From the NCBI GenBank assembly GCA_040905465.1, contig JBBDRK010000028.1, positions 14,517-39,623 on the forward strand: DNA of 25,107 bases, read 5' to 3'. A program made the translations under genes and the position numbers. This DNA comes from Trueperaceae bacterium (lineage in GTDB: Bacteria > Deinococcota > Deinococci > Deinococcales > Trueperaceae). The notes under the pieces are model-generated. The model was not told the DNA's origin. It made no database searches and was given only the letters and a program-made list of their open reading frames with translations. Shown piece by piece: positions 8,030 through 16,375 of the stretch. Each line of letters starts with the position of its first letter. The first letter of the stretch is position 1.

Positions 8030-8974
8030 CTACTCCTCGATGTTCGGCTCGAGCCCCGCCCGCGCTATCAGCTCGCGATACTCGTCGTTCGACAGCGGAT
8101 GACGGCCGGCCGCGGCCACCAGGGCGGCCTCCAGCAGGTTGGTGGGAAGCGATCTGCCGGCGTAGCGCGGGGTAGTGGTTATGAGCGCGGCGACGCCGCG
8201 GCGGCGCATCTCGGCGACATCCTGAGCGGTGGTGGTGTTGGTGAGGATCACCTTGCCGTCGAGCCGCTCGGGGGCATAGCGCCTGATGAAGTGGAAGTCA
8301 CCGGCTATCACGTCGGCCCACTCGAAATGACGGGCGCGGCCGTCCGCTTTCACGCCTTCCTGTTGCTTGCCGGTGGGGTAGAGCCAGCCGATCGGAAGCT
8401 TGGTGAGTATCGGCAGCATCAGCTTGGCAATTAGCTCCAGGTGGCGCACGTCGTGGATCGGGATGGGTAGGCCGAGCGCGAAGATGAGGTCGCCGTAGCG
8501 GACCTCGGCACCGTGTTCGGCCAGCGCCTCGGCCATGCCGAAGCGATCGACCGCCGACACCATCAGGACCCGCTTGCCGCGCCAGCCGAACCGTTCGTCG
8601 AGCTTCTCCACGGCGACGCGCTCGAGGCTGTCCTTGAGGCCGGCGCCGCATACTACCGGGGTGTCGGGAGCCTCGCGTGCCAGCCGCAGGCCGTCGCGCA
8701 GGTAGTAGCGTCTGCCGGCGGTCACGAAGAACAGATCGAGCCCGCCCAGACCGATGGCGTCGACCTGGCCGTTCAGTTCGCGTATGAGGGCGGCGGCTCG
8801 CTCGAGGTCACCATCGGTCCCGCGCCGTTCGATTCGCAGGGGCTGACCGAGCAGTTCGATCTCGACCGACACGTCGCGACTGCTCGAGCCGATCGAAACG
8901 CTTATCGCTCGTTTGAGTGCCCGTTCGGCCGGCGGGCCGACGGGATCTCCGGTGAGGCTTGGGGGCTGGGACAT
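8030..8974 (-). CDS. Conserved protein of the family usually labelled 'quinate 5-dehydrogenase' (function unverified)
   Basis: SVSIGSSSRD, IERRGTDGD, VDAIGLGG, SAVDRFGMAEAL, VIAGDFHFIRRY, ILTNTTT, TNLLEA; GGAGGAG before the ATG. Confidence 0.7.
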   Translation of the reverse strand: MSQPPSLTGDPVGPPAERALKRAISVSIGSSSRDVSVEIELLGQPLRIERRGTDGDLERAAALIRELNGQVDAIGLGGLDLFFVTAGRRYYLRDGLRLAREAPDTPVVCGAGLKDSLERVAVEKLDERFGWRGKRVLMVSAVDRFGMAEALAEHGAEVRYGDLIFALGLPIPIHDVRHLELIAKLMLPILTKLPIGWLYPTGKQQEGVKADGRARHFEWADVIAGDFHFIRRYAPERLDGKVILTNTTTAQDVAEMRRRGVAALITTTPRYAGRSLPTNLLEAALVAAAGRHPLSNDEYRELIARAGLEPNIEE

Positions 8975-9031
8975 GACTCTCCTCCGAGGGCTGATTCGAC
9001 TCTAGCACGGCGCCATGGCGGCCCGATTCGC

Positions 9032-9862
9032 TCAGTGGAGCGCGTAGCGCTCGAGCATCCGCGGCAGCAACCGCAGCGCGTTGGCCGCAGGCGAGCGGCC
9101 CGGCTCGCCGATGTTGGTCGGCGCTTCGGCGTGATAGGTGCCGGAAGGAAGGATCGCGCAGCCGCCCCAGCGCCTGAGCAGGAGGTTCTGAACCAGGACC
9201 TCCTCGCCGGCGTGATCCTCGGGCAGTTGGCGCCAGAAGGAGAAGCCGCCGACAGCCGCCAGCTTGGCGCGATCGTAGAGCGCGCAGGCCCCGACCCAGG
9301 CGACCTTGTAGCGGCGAACCGTCTCAGTGGGAAGGTCGCGCGCGGCGTGCAGGACATTGGCCGCGGCGTGGAGCCGGGCGCGCTCCCACAGCGGCGACTC
9401 GGGCTCGACCACCTCCGGTCGAACAGGGCCGTCCCAGAACTCGACGCGCTGATCCTCCGGGCGCACGTCGTCCAGATAGGAGAGTCCCGCCGGGAAGGCA
9501 CCGACGAAGCCGGCGCGCTCTTGCTCGAGCGTCCGGTGCAGCTCTGCCAGGACCCATGGTTCCATGAAGACGTCGTCGTCGAGCAGCAGCACCCTGGCCG
9601 CGCTAGCCTGCCGCAGAAGGAAGTCGCGTTGCTCGGCAACGCCGTGCCGACCATTTCGACAATGCCAGTCGACACTTCCGCCGCGCGCCTCGATGAGCCG
9701 GCAGAGGGTGGCCGTGGCCGGAGCTGCGCGGGCAGGCGTCTCGCTCTGATCGGCCACCAGCACGCGAATGTCGGTAAGACTCTGCGCCGCCACCCCGGCC
9801 AGCGTGACCGCGAGCTCCTGGGGCCTGTCGAGAGTCGGGATGAGTATGTCGACGAGTGCCAT
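9032..9862 (-). CDS. Glycosyltransferase family 2
   Basis: VDILIPTLDRP, VLVADQS, and a DxD motif in VLLLDDDV. Start moved to the ATG at 9862. Confidence 0.85.
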   Translation of the reverse strand: MALVDILIPTLDRPQELAVTLAGVAAQSLTDIRVLVADQSETPARAAPATATLCRLIEARGGSVDWHCRNGRHGVAEQRDFLLRQASAARVLLLDDDVFMEPWVLAELHRTLEQERAGFVGAFPAGLSYLDDVRPEDQRVEFWDGPVRPEVVEPESPLWERARLHAAANVLHAARDLPTETVRRYKVAWVGACALYDRAKLAAVGGFSFWRQLPEDHAGEEVLVQNLLLRRWGGCAILPSGTYHAEAPTNIGEPGRSPAANALRLLPRMLERYALH

Positions 9863-9920
9863 CCGAGCAACTATCGTCGCCCGAGCAGCGGTCGCCTGTC
9901 TGTCGGCTGTGTTCGGTTCT

Positions 9921-10163
9921 CTAGCTGCCGCGCCGGGTCTCGGCGCGGTAGCGCCAGGTATCGAGTGCGACGCGGAACAGCAGGTAACAGCCGAGCATGG
10001 CAAGGGCCGTGGCAGTTACGTGATCGTCGATCAGCGGTGGCCGTCCGAGCAGCGTCAGCACCAGGTAACAAGCAGCGCTGGCGACCGATCCCCAGGCGAA
10101 GATCAGCTGTGAGGCGGTGCGGCGCAGGTCTCGCGCGCGGGCATGGGGGCTATGCCGGTTCAC
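9921..10163 (-). CDS. Small hypothetical membrane protein (two TM helices)
   Basis: 80 aa with two hydrophobic segments and basic ends; co-oriented with its neighbours. Confidence 0.5.
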   Translation of the reverse strand: MNRHSPHARARDLRRTASQLIFAWGSVASAACYLVLTLLGRPPLIDDHVTATALAMLGCYLLFRVALDTWRYRAETRRGS

Positions 10164-10232
10164 CCCAGCATGGTAAGTGGACGCCGCGGCGGGCGAGGTG
10201 AAAGGTTTCTCGCCGAGACTGTGCGGTAGCCC

Positions 10233-10790
10233 TCAGGCCTGTCCCTTCTTCATGCGGGACAGCAGGCCGCCGAACGGGCCCTGACGCAAGTCGGAGTCGG
10301 ACTCGGCGTCCACCAGTGCCGGGGAGGCGCCCAGGATGGTGGCGAGCGCGTTGAGGTAGGCGTCGGCCTCGTCGGCACTGCCGGTGAACAGGGCCAGCGA
10401 CCCGGTCCCCGCTCCGTAGACCACGCCGAAGGCGCCGGCCTCGGCGACCACGGTCAGGACGGCGCCGCTGTCGAGGTCGAGGAGGGTGCGCTCGTCGAGC
10501 TCGACCCAAGCTCCCGGCCCGATCAGCGCATCGGCATCGTCGCCGGCCCCGGTGTCGAGCAGGCCGATCAGCAGATCCTCGGCCTCCAGGTCCTCCGCCA
10601 GCAGTTCGAAGGCGTCGCCGCAGGTGCGTTCGTCGCCGCGCAGCAGCGACAGCTCGCGAGCATCCGCCTCCGCGCGCAGGTTCACATGCACTATCTCCAG
10701 CGAGGCGCCCGCTTCGCCGGTTCCCCTCAGCAACAGGAAGGTTCCGGTAGCCAGGTTGCCGAGCAGTCCGTCGGAGAGAAGGAGCCACAT
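10233..10790 (-). CDS. Acidic hypothetical protein with an internal domain duplication
   Basis: 185 aa from ATG 10790; the two halves share the pattern W..L....L..L..G..L...EAGA...L.L..G. Confidence 0.7.
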   Translation of the reverse strand: MWLLLSDGLLGNLATGTFLLLRGTGEAGASLEIVHVNLRAEADARELSLLRGDERTCGDAFELLAEDLEAEDLLIGLLDTGAGDDADALIGPGAWVELDERTLLDLDSGAVLTVVAEAGAFGVVYGAGTGSLALFTGSADEADAYLNALATILGASPALVDAESDSDLRQGPFGGLLSRMKKGQA

Positions 10791-10934
10791 GCCACGAGTA
10801 TGCGCCCGCAAGGTGAGTCGGACAAGCCTGGCCGGTCGGAGCCGCGACACGAACTTCCGGGGGTGCCCGCCGGCACGCGGTACTATGATCACCGTCGTGT
10901 GCGTCCCCGTCAGCTCCACCCGGTTCGGCCGCCA

Positions 10935-12428
10935 GTGAAGCACCGGGTAGTGCGCGTGTGGCTGCGCGATCTGCTCGCGGGCGGGAGCGTGGCCTTGGTC
11001 CTGGTGCCGCAGGCGCTGGCCTACGCCGAGTTGGCCGGACTCAATGCGGTGGTGGGCCTCATCGCCGCCGGTTTGCCGTTGATCGTGGCGGCGCCGATGG
11101 CGTCGAGCCCGTATCTGCAGACCGGGCCGACGGCGATGATCGCCCTGCTCACCTTCGGGATCCTGTCGTCACTGTACCCGGCGTACACGCCGGAATACGC
11201 CGCCGCGGCGGCGCTCCTTGCCCTCACCGTCGGGCTGATCCGCATGGGACTCGGGCTGGCGCGCTTCGGGGCGGTGGCCTACTTCATGTCACAACCGGTA
11301 ATGCAGGGGTTCAGCTCGGCGGCGGCGCTTCTCATCATCCTCTCGCAACTGCCCGCCGCCGTCGGCACGACCACCACACTGCCCAATCCGACTCTCGGGT
11401 TCCTGGACACCGTTGGGCACCCGGGTCGCTGGGACCCCTGGTCGATCGCCTTTACCGCGGCGACGGTGCTCGTCGTGAACATCTCGCAGCGGGTTTCGCC
11501 GCTGCTGCCGGGAGTGCTGGCTACCGTGGTGCTGGGCGTGATCGCCAGCAGCCTGCTCGGTTATCAGGGCCCGACCGTGGGAATGGTCGACAGTCAGTGG
11601 GTGCAGCTCGACCTGATCCTTCCCTGGCGTGATCTCCCCCACCTGCTGCTGGGGGCGATGGTGATCGCTATCGTCGGTTTCGCCGAGCCGGCGGCGATCG
11701 CCCGTGCCTACGCCGGCAGGCAAGCCTGGGATCCCGATCGCGAACTGGTGAGCCAGGGTGCGGCCAATCTGGTGGCCGGAGCGCTGGGCGCATTCCCGGT
11801 TGGCGGCTCCTTCTCGCGCTCGGCGTTGAATCACGCGGCCGGCGCCGTCACGCGCTGGAGTGGTCTGATCACCGGGGTGGCGGTGCTGGCGGTGCTGCCG
11901 TTCGTCGGGTTGCTGGCGGAGTTGCCCAAGGCGGTGCTGGCAGGCGTGGTGATCGGCGCCGTATCCCGGCTGCTGCGCCTGCAATCGCTTCTGCGGCTGT
12001 GGCGCTACGCACGGCTGCAGGCGCTCACCGCCTACATCACCTTCCTCCTGACCCTGGCGCTGGCTCCACGCATCGATGTCGCCGTGGTGATCGGCATCGG
12101 CCTGGCGATCGCCGCTCACCTGTATCGCGAAATGGACCTGGGAATCGCCACGCGACAGGAAGGGGACGTGTTGGTCCTGAGACTCACCGGAGTGCTCTGG
12201 TTCGGCTCGACTCACCTGCTGGAGGAGTGCATGCTGGAACTCTTTCCTCCGCCCGACGAGGTGGTGAAGCTGCGGGTCGACGCTACCGCGCTGGGACGCG
12301 TCGACCTCTCCGGCGCCCTGGTGCTCGACGCTCTGCTCAGCGAGGCCGAACGGCATCGTCTCGCGCTGGATGTAGTGGGCCTGCGGCCACACATGAAACG
12401 GGTGCTGGACCGGATTCGCGAATCGTGA
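10935..12428 (+). CDS. SulP/SLC26 inorganic anion transporter with STAS domain
   Basis: DLLAG..VALVLVPQALAYAELAG, LQTGPTA, PVGGSFSRSALN, C-terminal STAS (LWFGS...VDLSG). Alternative in-frame GTG at 10899. Confidence 0.9.
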   Translation: MKHRVVRVWLRDLLAGGSVALVLVPQALAYAELAGLNAVVGLIAAGLPLIVAAPMASSPYLQTGPTAMIALLTFGILSSLYPAYTPEYAAAAALLALTVGLIRMGLGLARFGAVAYFMSQPVMQGFSSAAALLIILSQLPAAVGTTTTLPNPTLGFLDTVGHPGRWDPWSIAFTAATVLVVNISQRVSPLLPGVLATVVLGVIASSLLGYQGPTVGMVDSQWVQLDLILPWRDLPHLLLGAMVIAIVGFAEPAAIARAYAGRQAWDPDRELVSQGAANLVAGALGAFPVGGSFSRSALNHAAGAVTRWSGLITGVAVLAVLPFVGLLAELPKAVLAGVVIGAVSRLLRLQSLLRLWRYARLQALTAYITFLLTLALAPRIDVAVVIGIGLAIAAHLYREMDLGIATRQEGDVLVLRLTGVLWFGSTHLLEECMLELFPPPDEVVKLRVDATALGRVDLSGALVLDALLSEAERHRLALDVVGLRPHMKRVLDRIRES

Positions 12429-12483
12429 CCAGGGGAGTGGCGCCGCATTCGCCCGCGGTTGCATCACGGCCGGTTGTCCCGCT

Positions 12484-12500
12484 ATACCCCGAAGGGATAT
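12484..12500. promoter_or_regulatory. Candidate CsoR/CstR-family operator
   Basis: ATACCCCGAAGGGATAT is a pseudo-palindrome of C and G tracts with AT flanks, ~140 nt upstream of the csoR-family gene. Confidence 0.65.
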
Positions 12501-12638
12501 CGTGAGGCGTGTCAGGGTAGTCGCAAGGGAGTTACGGATGTTTGCAACCGACCGTTATTCGCACTCAAGAGCGAGACAGGTAGCTTGTCGCCGTCGCCAC
12601 GCCGTTTCGCGGGTCGGCCTGCCGCGCCGGGTGCCCAG

Positions 12639-12914
12639 ATGGATGTAGAGGGCGGGTTGGTGCGCGACCGCAAGGCTCGGATAATGAACAGGTTGAGGCG
12701 CCTGGAAGGTCAGGTAAGGGGACTGCAGCGAATGGTGGGGGAGGAGCGTTCCTGCCAGGACTCGCTCACGCTGCTGGCGGGTATCAGGAGCGCCCTGGAC
12801 GCCGCCGGAGACCTGATCCTGGAAGATTACCTGGAGAACTGTGCTCCCGACATCGCCGGCAACGAAGACGCCGTGGCGGAGTTGGTGAGGGCGGTGAAAC
12901 TGGCTCGCGGCTGA
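12639..12914 (+). CDS. CsoR/RcnR/FrmR-family transcriptional repressor (CstR-like ligand pattern)
   Basis: NRLRRLEGQVRGLQRMV..ERSCQD.L..LAGIRSAL; second Cys in LEDYLENC. Confidence 0.9.
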   Translation: MDVEGGLVRDRKARIMNRLRRLEGQVRGLQRMVGEERSCQDSLTLLAGIRSALDAAGDLILEDYLENCAPDIAGNEDAVAELVRAVKLARG

Positions 12915-13060
12915 CCGGGACCGGCAGCGGACGCGGGCCGGGTGGAATCTCTCACTTTCCTCAGTATTCCGCCGCCACCGGAGTGCCGGTCTGGTATTCT
13001 TCTCGTCGGGCGAGCTGACTAACTCACCGCCAGTCGGTGACCGGCCGCTCCCCCGCTGCG

Positions 13061-13576
13061 CTATCTTCGTCTCGTACGTACCGCGTCGTTCACAACTAAC
13101 TCATGCCCCGCGCTTTCGGATCCGGCGGGATCGCCTTCGGCGGTCCCGCCATTCGTTTTCGCCGCCGGTTGCTCGTGCGGTTCCGCCTCGCGAACGTAGG
13201 AGTCGTACGGCTCCGATTGGGCAACGGTCGGCCGGCGAACGGCCGGCGCCGTGCTCCAGGACCGCGGGGCCGCTCGTCGCAGGCGGGCGGCGACGTGCGA
13301 CGCGAAACAGCCCGGTCTGACCGTGATCCGCAGGCCCCCTTCGCCCGCCGGTACCGGGTCGATCCCCAGGATGTCGGAGAAGGCGAGTGTATAGATAGAC
13401 GAACCGATGTCTATCATCGCGCAGGTCGCCCTGAGCTCCCGCACCTCGGCGAGCAGCGGGGTGGAGCCCTGGACTACCAGCCCGAACGCCCTTCGTCGCG
13501 AATCGGCTTCTCCGGCGCGCTTCGCCTTGACGAACGTTGCCAAGACTCGATGGATCTCTTCGGCTCGAGGCTGCAT
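13061..13576 (-). CDS. Hypothetical protein with a beta-rich N-domain and disordered tail
   Basis: Purine-rich SD (GGGTGAGG) before ATG 13576; lies downstream of surE on the same strand. Confidence 0.6.
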   Translation of the reverse strand: MQPRAEEIHRVLATFVKAKRAGEADSRRRAFGLVVQGSTPLLAEVRELRATCAMIDIGSSIYTLAFSDILGIDPVPAGEGGLRITVRPGCFASHVAARLRRAAPRSWSTAPAVRRPTVAQSEPYDSYVREAEPHEQPAAKTNGGTAEGDPAGSESAGHELVVNDAVRTRRR

Positions 13577-13670
13577 CCTCACCCTTCCCGCTGCCCAGGC
13601 GGCGCCAATGGACCCGCCTGGCACTCTCGGGGCCAGCGTACCCTACCGGGGGACGTTCGAGTCGGGCTCC

Positions 13671-14420
13671 TCAGTCTTCTGACGCCACCGCCACCGGCTC
13701 CAGGGCCTGTGCGCGGCGCAAGGCGGCGCCGTCGGTGAGGTCGAGCCGCAGGGGCGTCAGCGAGACGTGTCCGTTCTCGATCGCCCAACGATCGGTCCCC
13801 TCCTCGACCTCCTCCCGGGGCTTCTCCGCGAACCAGTAATGCAGTCTTCCCATCGGATCCTCGCCTGGCAGCACGATTCCTTCGTAATGACGCACCGACT
13901 GGCGCGTCCAGATGATGGTGCCGTCGGGTCGTTCGGGGAAGTTGACGTTGAGCAGGGGGAGATCCGGGGTGCGCAGGAACATCCGTATTATCTGGCGGAC
14001 GTAAGGCGCATAGGTGCGGTAGTCGGGCGTCTCCTCGCTGTACGGGGCACTGAAGGCGATCGCCGGAATCTGCAGGAATGCCGCTTGTTTGGCAGCGGCT
14101 ACGGTGCCGGAGTGCCAGACGTTGTGACCGATGTTCAGACCGAGGTTGATGCCGCTCAGCACCAGATCGACTTCGTCCCAGTGATAGCCGCCGAGAGCGA
14201 CGCAATCTGCCGGGGTGCCGTCAACCCGGTAGGCCTCCATGCCATCGAGGGGAACCGAGTGGTAGTGCAGCGGACGCTTGATGGTGATGGCGTGGCCCAT
14301 GCCGGACTGCTCGACGTCAGGGGCGACAACCCGAACCTCGCCGAACTCGCGGGCGATTAGAGCCAACGCCGCTATTCCGGGGCTGAACACGCCGTCGTCG
14401 TTTGAAACCAGGATTCGCAT
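13671..14420 (-). CDS. surE: 5'/3'-nucleotidase SurE
   Basis: MRILVSNDDG, VVAPDVEQSG, GTPADCV, SGINLGLN, SGTVAAA. Confidence 0.95.
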   Translation of the reverse strand: MRILVSNDDGVFSPGIAALALIAREFGEVRVVAPDVEQSGMGHAITIKRPLHYHSVPLDGMEAYRVDGTPADCVALGGYHWDEVDLVLSGINLGLNIGHNVWHSGTVAAAKQAAFLQIPAIAFSAPYSEETPDYRTYAPYVRQIIRMFLRTPDLPLLNVNFPERPDGTIIWTRQSVRHYEGIVLPGEDPMGRLHYWFAEKPREEVEEGTDRWAIENGHVSLTPLRLDLTDGAALRRAQALEPVAVASED

Positions 14421-14596
14421 GGTGCGCGAACTGTACCCCCTTCCGTTCCGGGGCGCAAGGCCAGTGGTACCGGACTCCGGCTGGAGGAAGCAGAGGGTCA
14501 TGGAACACAGGCGCACCTAACGAACCCCTCAGGCGAATAGCGTAGGTTGGCCTGCGGTCGCGAGGAATCGCTTCTGGAGCGGCCGCGAGTCCCGAG

Positions 14597-14615
14597 TATT
14601 AAGTGGTCGTTAATA
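14597..14615. promoter_or_regulatory. AT-rich inverted repeat TATTAA-N7-TTAATA between divergent genes
   Basis: TATTAA at 14597-14602 and TTAATA at 14610-14615, in a GC-rich background. Confidence 0.4.
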
Positions 14616-14700
14616 GCCGCTGCCTACGTTGAGCTCGGGGATGGAGAGTGAGGGAGCATGGAAGTAACAGCTCTTGGTCACCGGTTGGGCGCCGTTCGGC

Positions 14701-15129
14701 ATGCCTGACATCCTGCTGGTGGAAGACTCGGTAGACGATATCGAGCTTACCCTGCGGGCATTTCGCCGACACAATCCGTTGAGGCAAGTAGTAGTCGTCC
14801 AAGACGGCGAGGAGGCATTGGAGTACCTGTTCGGCGAGGGCCGCTACGAAGAGCGCGAATCCGAGCCGTTGCCCGAGATCGTGTTGCTGGACCTGAACCT
14901 GCCGAAACTGAACGGGGTGGAGGTCCTGCGTCGCCTTCGCCAGGATCTCCGCACCAGCCTGCTGCCGGTGGTGATGCTCACCACCTCGGCCGAACCGGGC
15001 GACCTCGAGAGGTGCTACGCAGGCGGCGCCAACTCGTACGTGCGCAAACCGGTCGACTACCAGGACTTCGTGGAAGTGGTCCGGCAACTCGGCGGCTACT
15101 GGCTCGGATTGAACCGTCGACCCGGCTGA
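14701..15129 (+). CDS. Single-domain response regulator receiver (Rcp1-like)
   Basis: ILLVEDS.DD, LLDLNLPK (phospho-Asp), MLTTS, GANSYVRKP. Confidence 0.92.
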   Translation: MPDILLVEDSVDDIELTLRAFRRHNPLRQVVVVQDGEEALEYLFGEGRYEERESEPLPEIVLLDLNLPKLNGVEVLRRLRQDLRTSLLPVVMLTTSAEPGDLERCYAGGANSYVRKPVDYQDFVEVVRQLGGYWLGLNRRPG

Positions 15130-16199
15130 GCCAGCCGTTCCACGGCCTCTTCCAGTTCCCCCATCAGTTGTGCCACCAGCGCGGCGGCGGGCAGTTGCCG
15201 TGCCATGCGCACCCCCTGCCCCGCCCACAGCGACAGGTACTCCGGCCGCCCCTGCCCGGCTGCGGCGCTGCGCAGGGGACGGGTAAGGGTGTTCTGCAAC
15301 GGGAAGGGCAGCAGCCGAGCGCCGGAATCGGCCATCTCGACCTCGCGCATGAAACTGTTGACTATCCCGCGGGCGGGCCGTCCCGAGAAGGCGCGAGTAA
15401 CACGAGTCGAGTCCTCGCGAGCCGACAACAGCGCGTCTTTGTGGGCCCGAGGAATGCCGGCTTCGGCACAGGTGAGGAAGGCCGTGCCCATCTGAACCGC
15501 CTCGGCGCCCAGGGTAAGTGCCGCGGCTATCCCGCGACCGTCCATGATTCCGCCGGAGGCGACTACCGGCACTGAGACCGCGTCCACGACCTGCGGCACC
15601 AGTGCCAGCGTGCCGATCATGGCGTCCTCGAACTCGCCGGCGAAGGTGCCGCGGTGTGCACCCGCCTCGCTGCCCTGAGCCACCACCGCGTCCACGCCCA
15701 GGCGCTCGAGCAAGATGGCTTCCTCGACCGTGGTCGCGGTGCCGAGCAGCATCATTCCGCGGCCCTTCACCGCCGCCACCGCCTCCTGCGGGAGCATTCC
15801 GAAGGTGAAGGAGAGTACCGAGGCGCCGGATGCGAGCGCTGCTTCCAGTTGTCCGTCGAAGGTATCGCCCTCCCAACGTGGGTAGGGTGGCGCCGGCAGG
15901 CCAAGGTCGCGGTGATACGCCGCGATCGCTTCGGTCATTGGCGCGGGATCCTTGGCGGGCGGCTCGGGGATGGGGGCGAACAGGTTGATTCCAAACGGGC
16001 GATCGGTTCGCTCGCGCACTCCCTTCGAGAGCTCGGCTATCTGTTCCGGCGTGTTGTAGGCGGCCCCGAAGAAGCCCATTGCCCCGGCTTCCGCGACCGC
16101 CGCCACCAGATCGATGGTGGTGGCGCCGCCGGCCATGGGAGCCTGGATGATCGGGTTGTTCGTTCCGAATCGCTTCGCCAACCGAGTCTGAAACCGCAT
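15096..16199 (-). CDS. Nitronate monooxygenase (2-nitropropane dioxygenase-like)
   Basis: PIIQAPMAGG, VAQGSEAGAHRGTF, ASGGIMDGRG, VQMGTAFL, TRAFSGRPARG, SLWAGQ. Confidence 0.92.
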   Translation of the reverse strand: MRFQTRLAKRFGTNNPIIQAPMAGGATTIDLVAAVAEAGAMGFFGAAYNTPEQIAELSKGVRERTDRPFGINLFAPIPEPPAKDPAPMTEAIAAYHRDLGLPAPPYPRWEGDTFDGQLEAALASGASVLSFTFGMLPQEAVAAVKGRGMMLLGTATTVEEAILLERLGVDAVVAQGSEAGAHRGTFAGEFEDAMIGTLALVPQVVDAVSVPVVASGGIMDGRGIAAALTLGAEAVQMGTAFLTCAEAGIPRAHKDALLSAREDSTRVTRAFSGRPARGIVNSFMREVEMADSGARLLPFPLQNTLTRPLRSAAAGQGRPEYLSLWAGQGVRMARQLPAAALVAQLMGELEEAVERLAQPGRRFNPSQ

Positions 16200-16307
16200 G
16201 TCACTCCCCTGGGCTTTCCAAGTCGTAGATCGGTTGATTATTGCGCGCCGGATCGACGATGTGCCGCTGTGTCCTTGCGTGCGCCGGTCGGCTCGGAGAC
16301 CGGCGTC

Positions 16308-16365
16308 TTGACAGCCTTCCGAGTCCGGGCCTATCCTGACGGTTACCCTATAATATGTAGGGTAA
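16308..16365 (+). promoter_or_regulatory. lexA promoter with overlapping palindromic operator
   Basis: TTGACA (16308-16313), N18, TATCCT (16332-16337). TTACCCTA-N7-TAGGGTAA (16343-16365) also contains TATAAT and abuts the SD AGGAGGAGG. Confidence 0.75.
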
Positions 16366-16375
16366 GGAGGAGGAG

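Noticed and set aside
8513..10201. 562-aa plus-strand ORF
   Set aside because: Antisense shadow of three minus-strand genes; no recognisable motifs; expected in high-GC DNA.
11289..12467. 392-aa minus-strand ORF
   Set aside because: Antisense of SulP; its Q/H/R-rich composition is typical of the reverse complement of a membrane-protein gene.
13024..13040. TCACCG/CGGTGA hairpin between convergent genes as an intrinsic terminator
   Set aside because: Only a 6-bp stem with no U-tract on either strand.
15096..15129. 34-nt overlap of convergent receiver and monooxygenase genes
   Set aside because: Short tail-to-tail overlaps are common in GC-rich genomes.
14599..15876. 425-aa minus-strand ORF
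   Set aside because: Off-frame of nitronate monooxygenase and antisense of the receiver gene.
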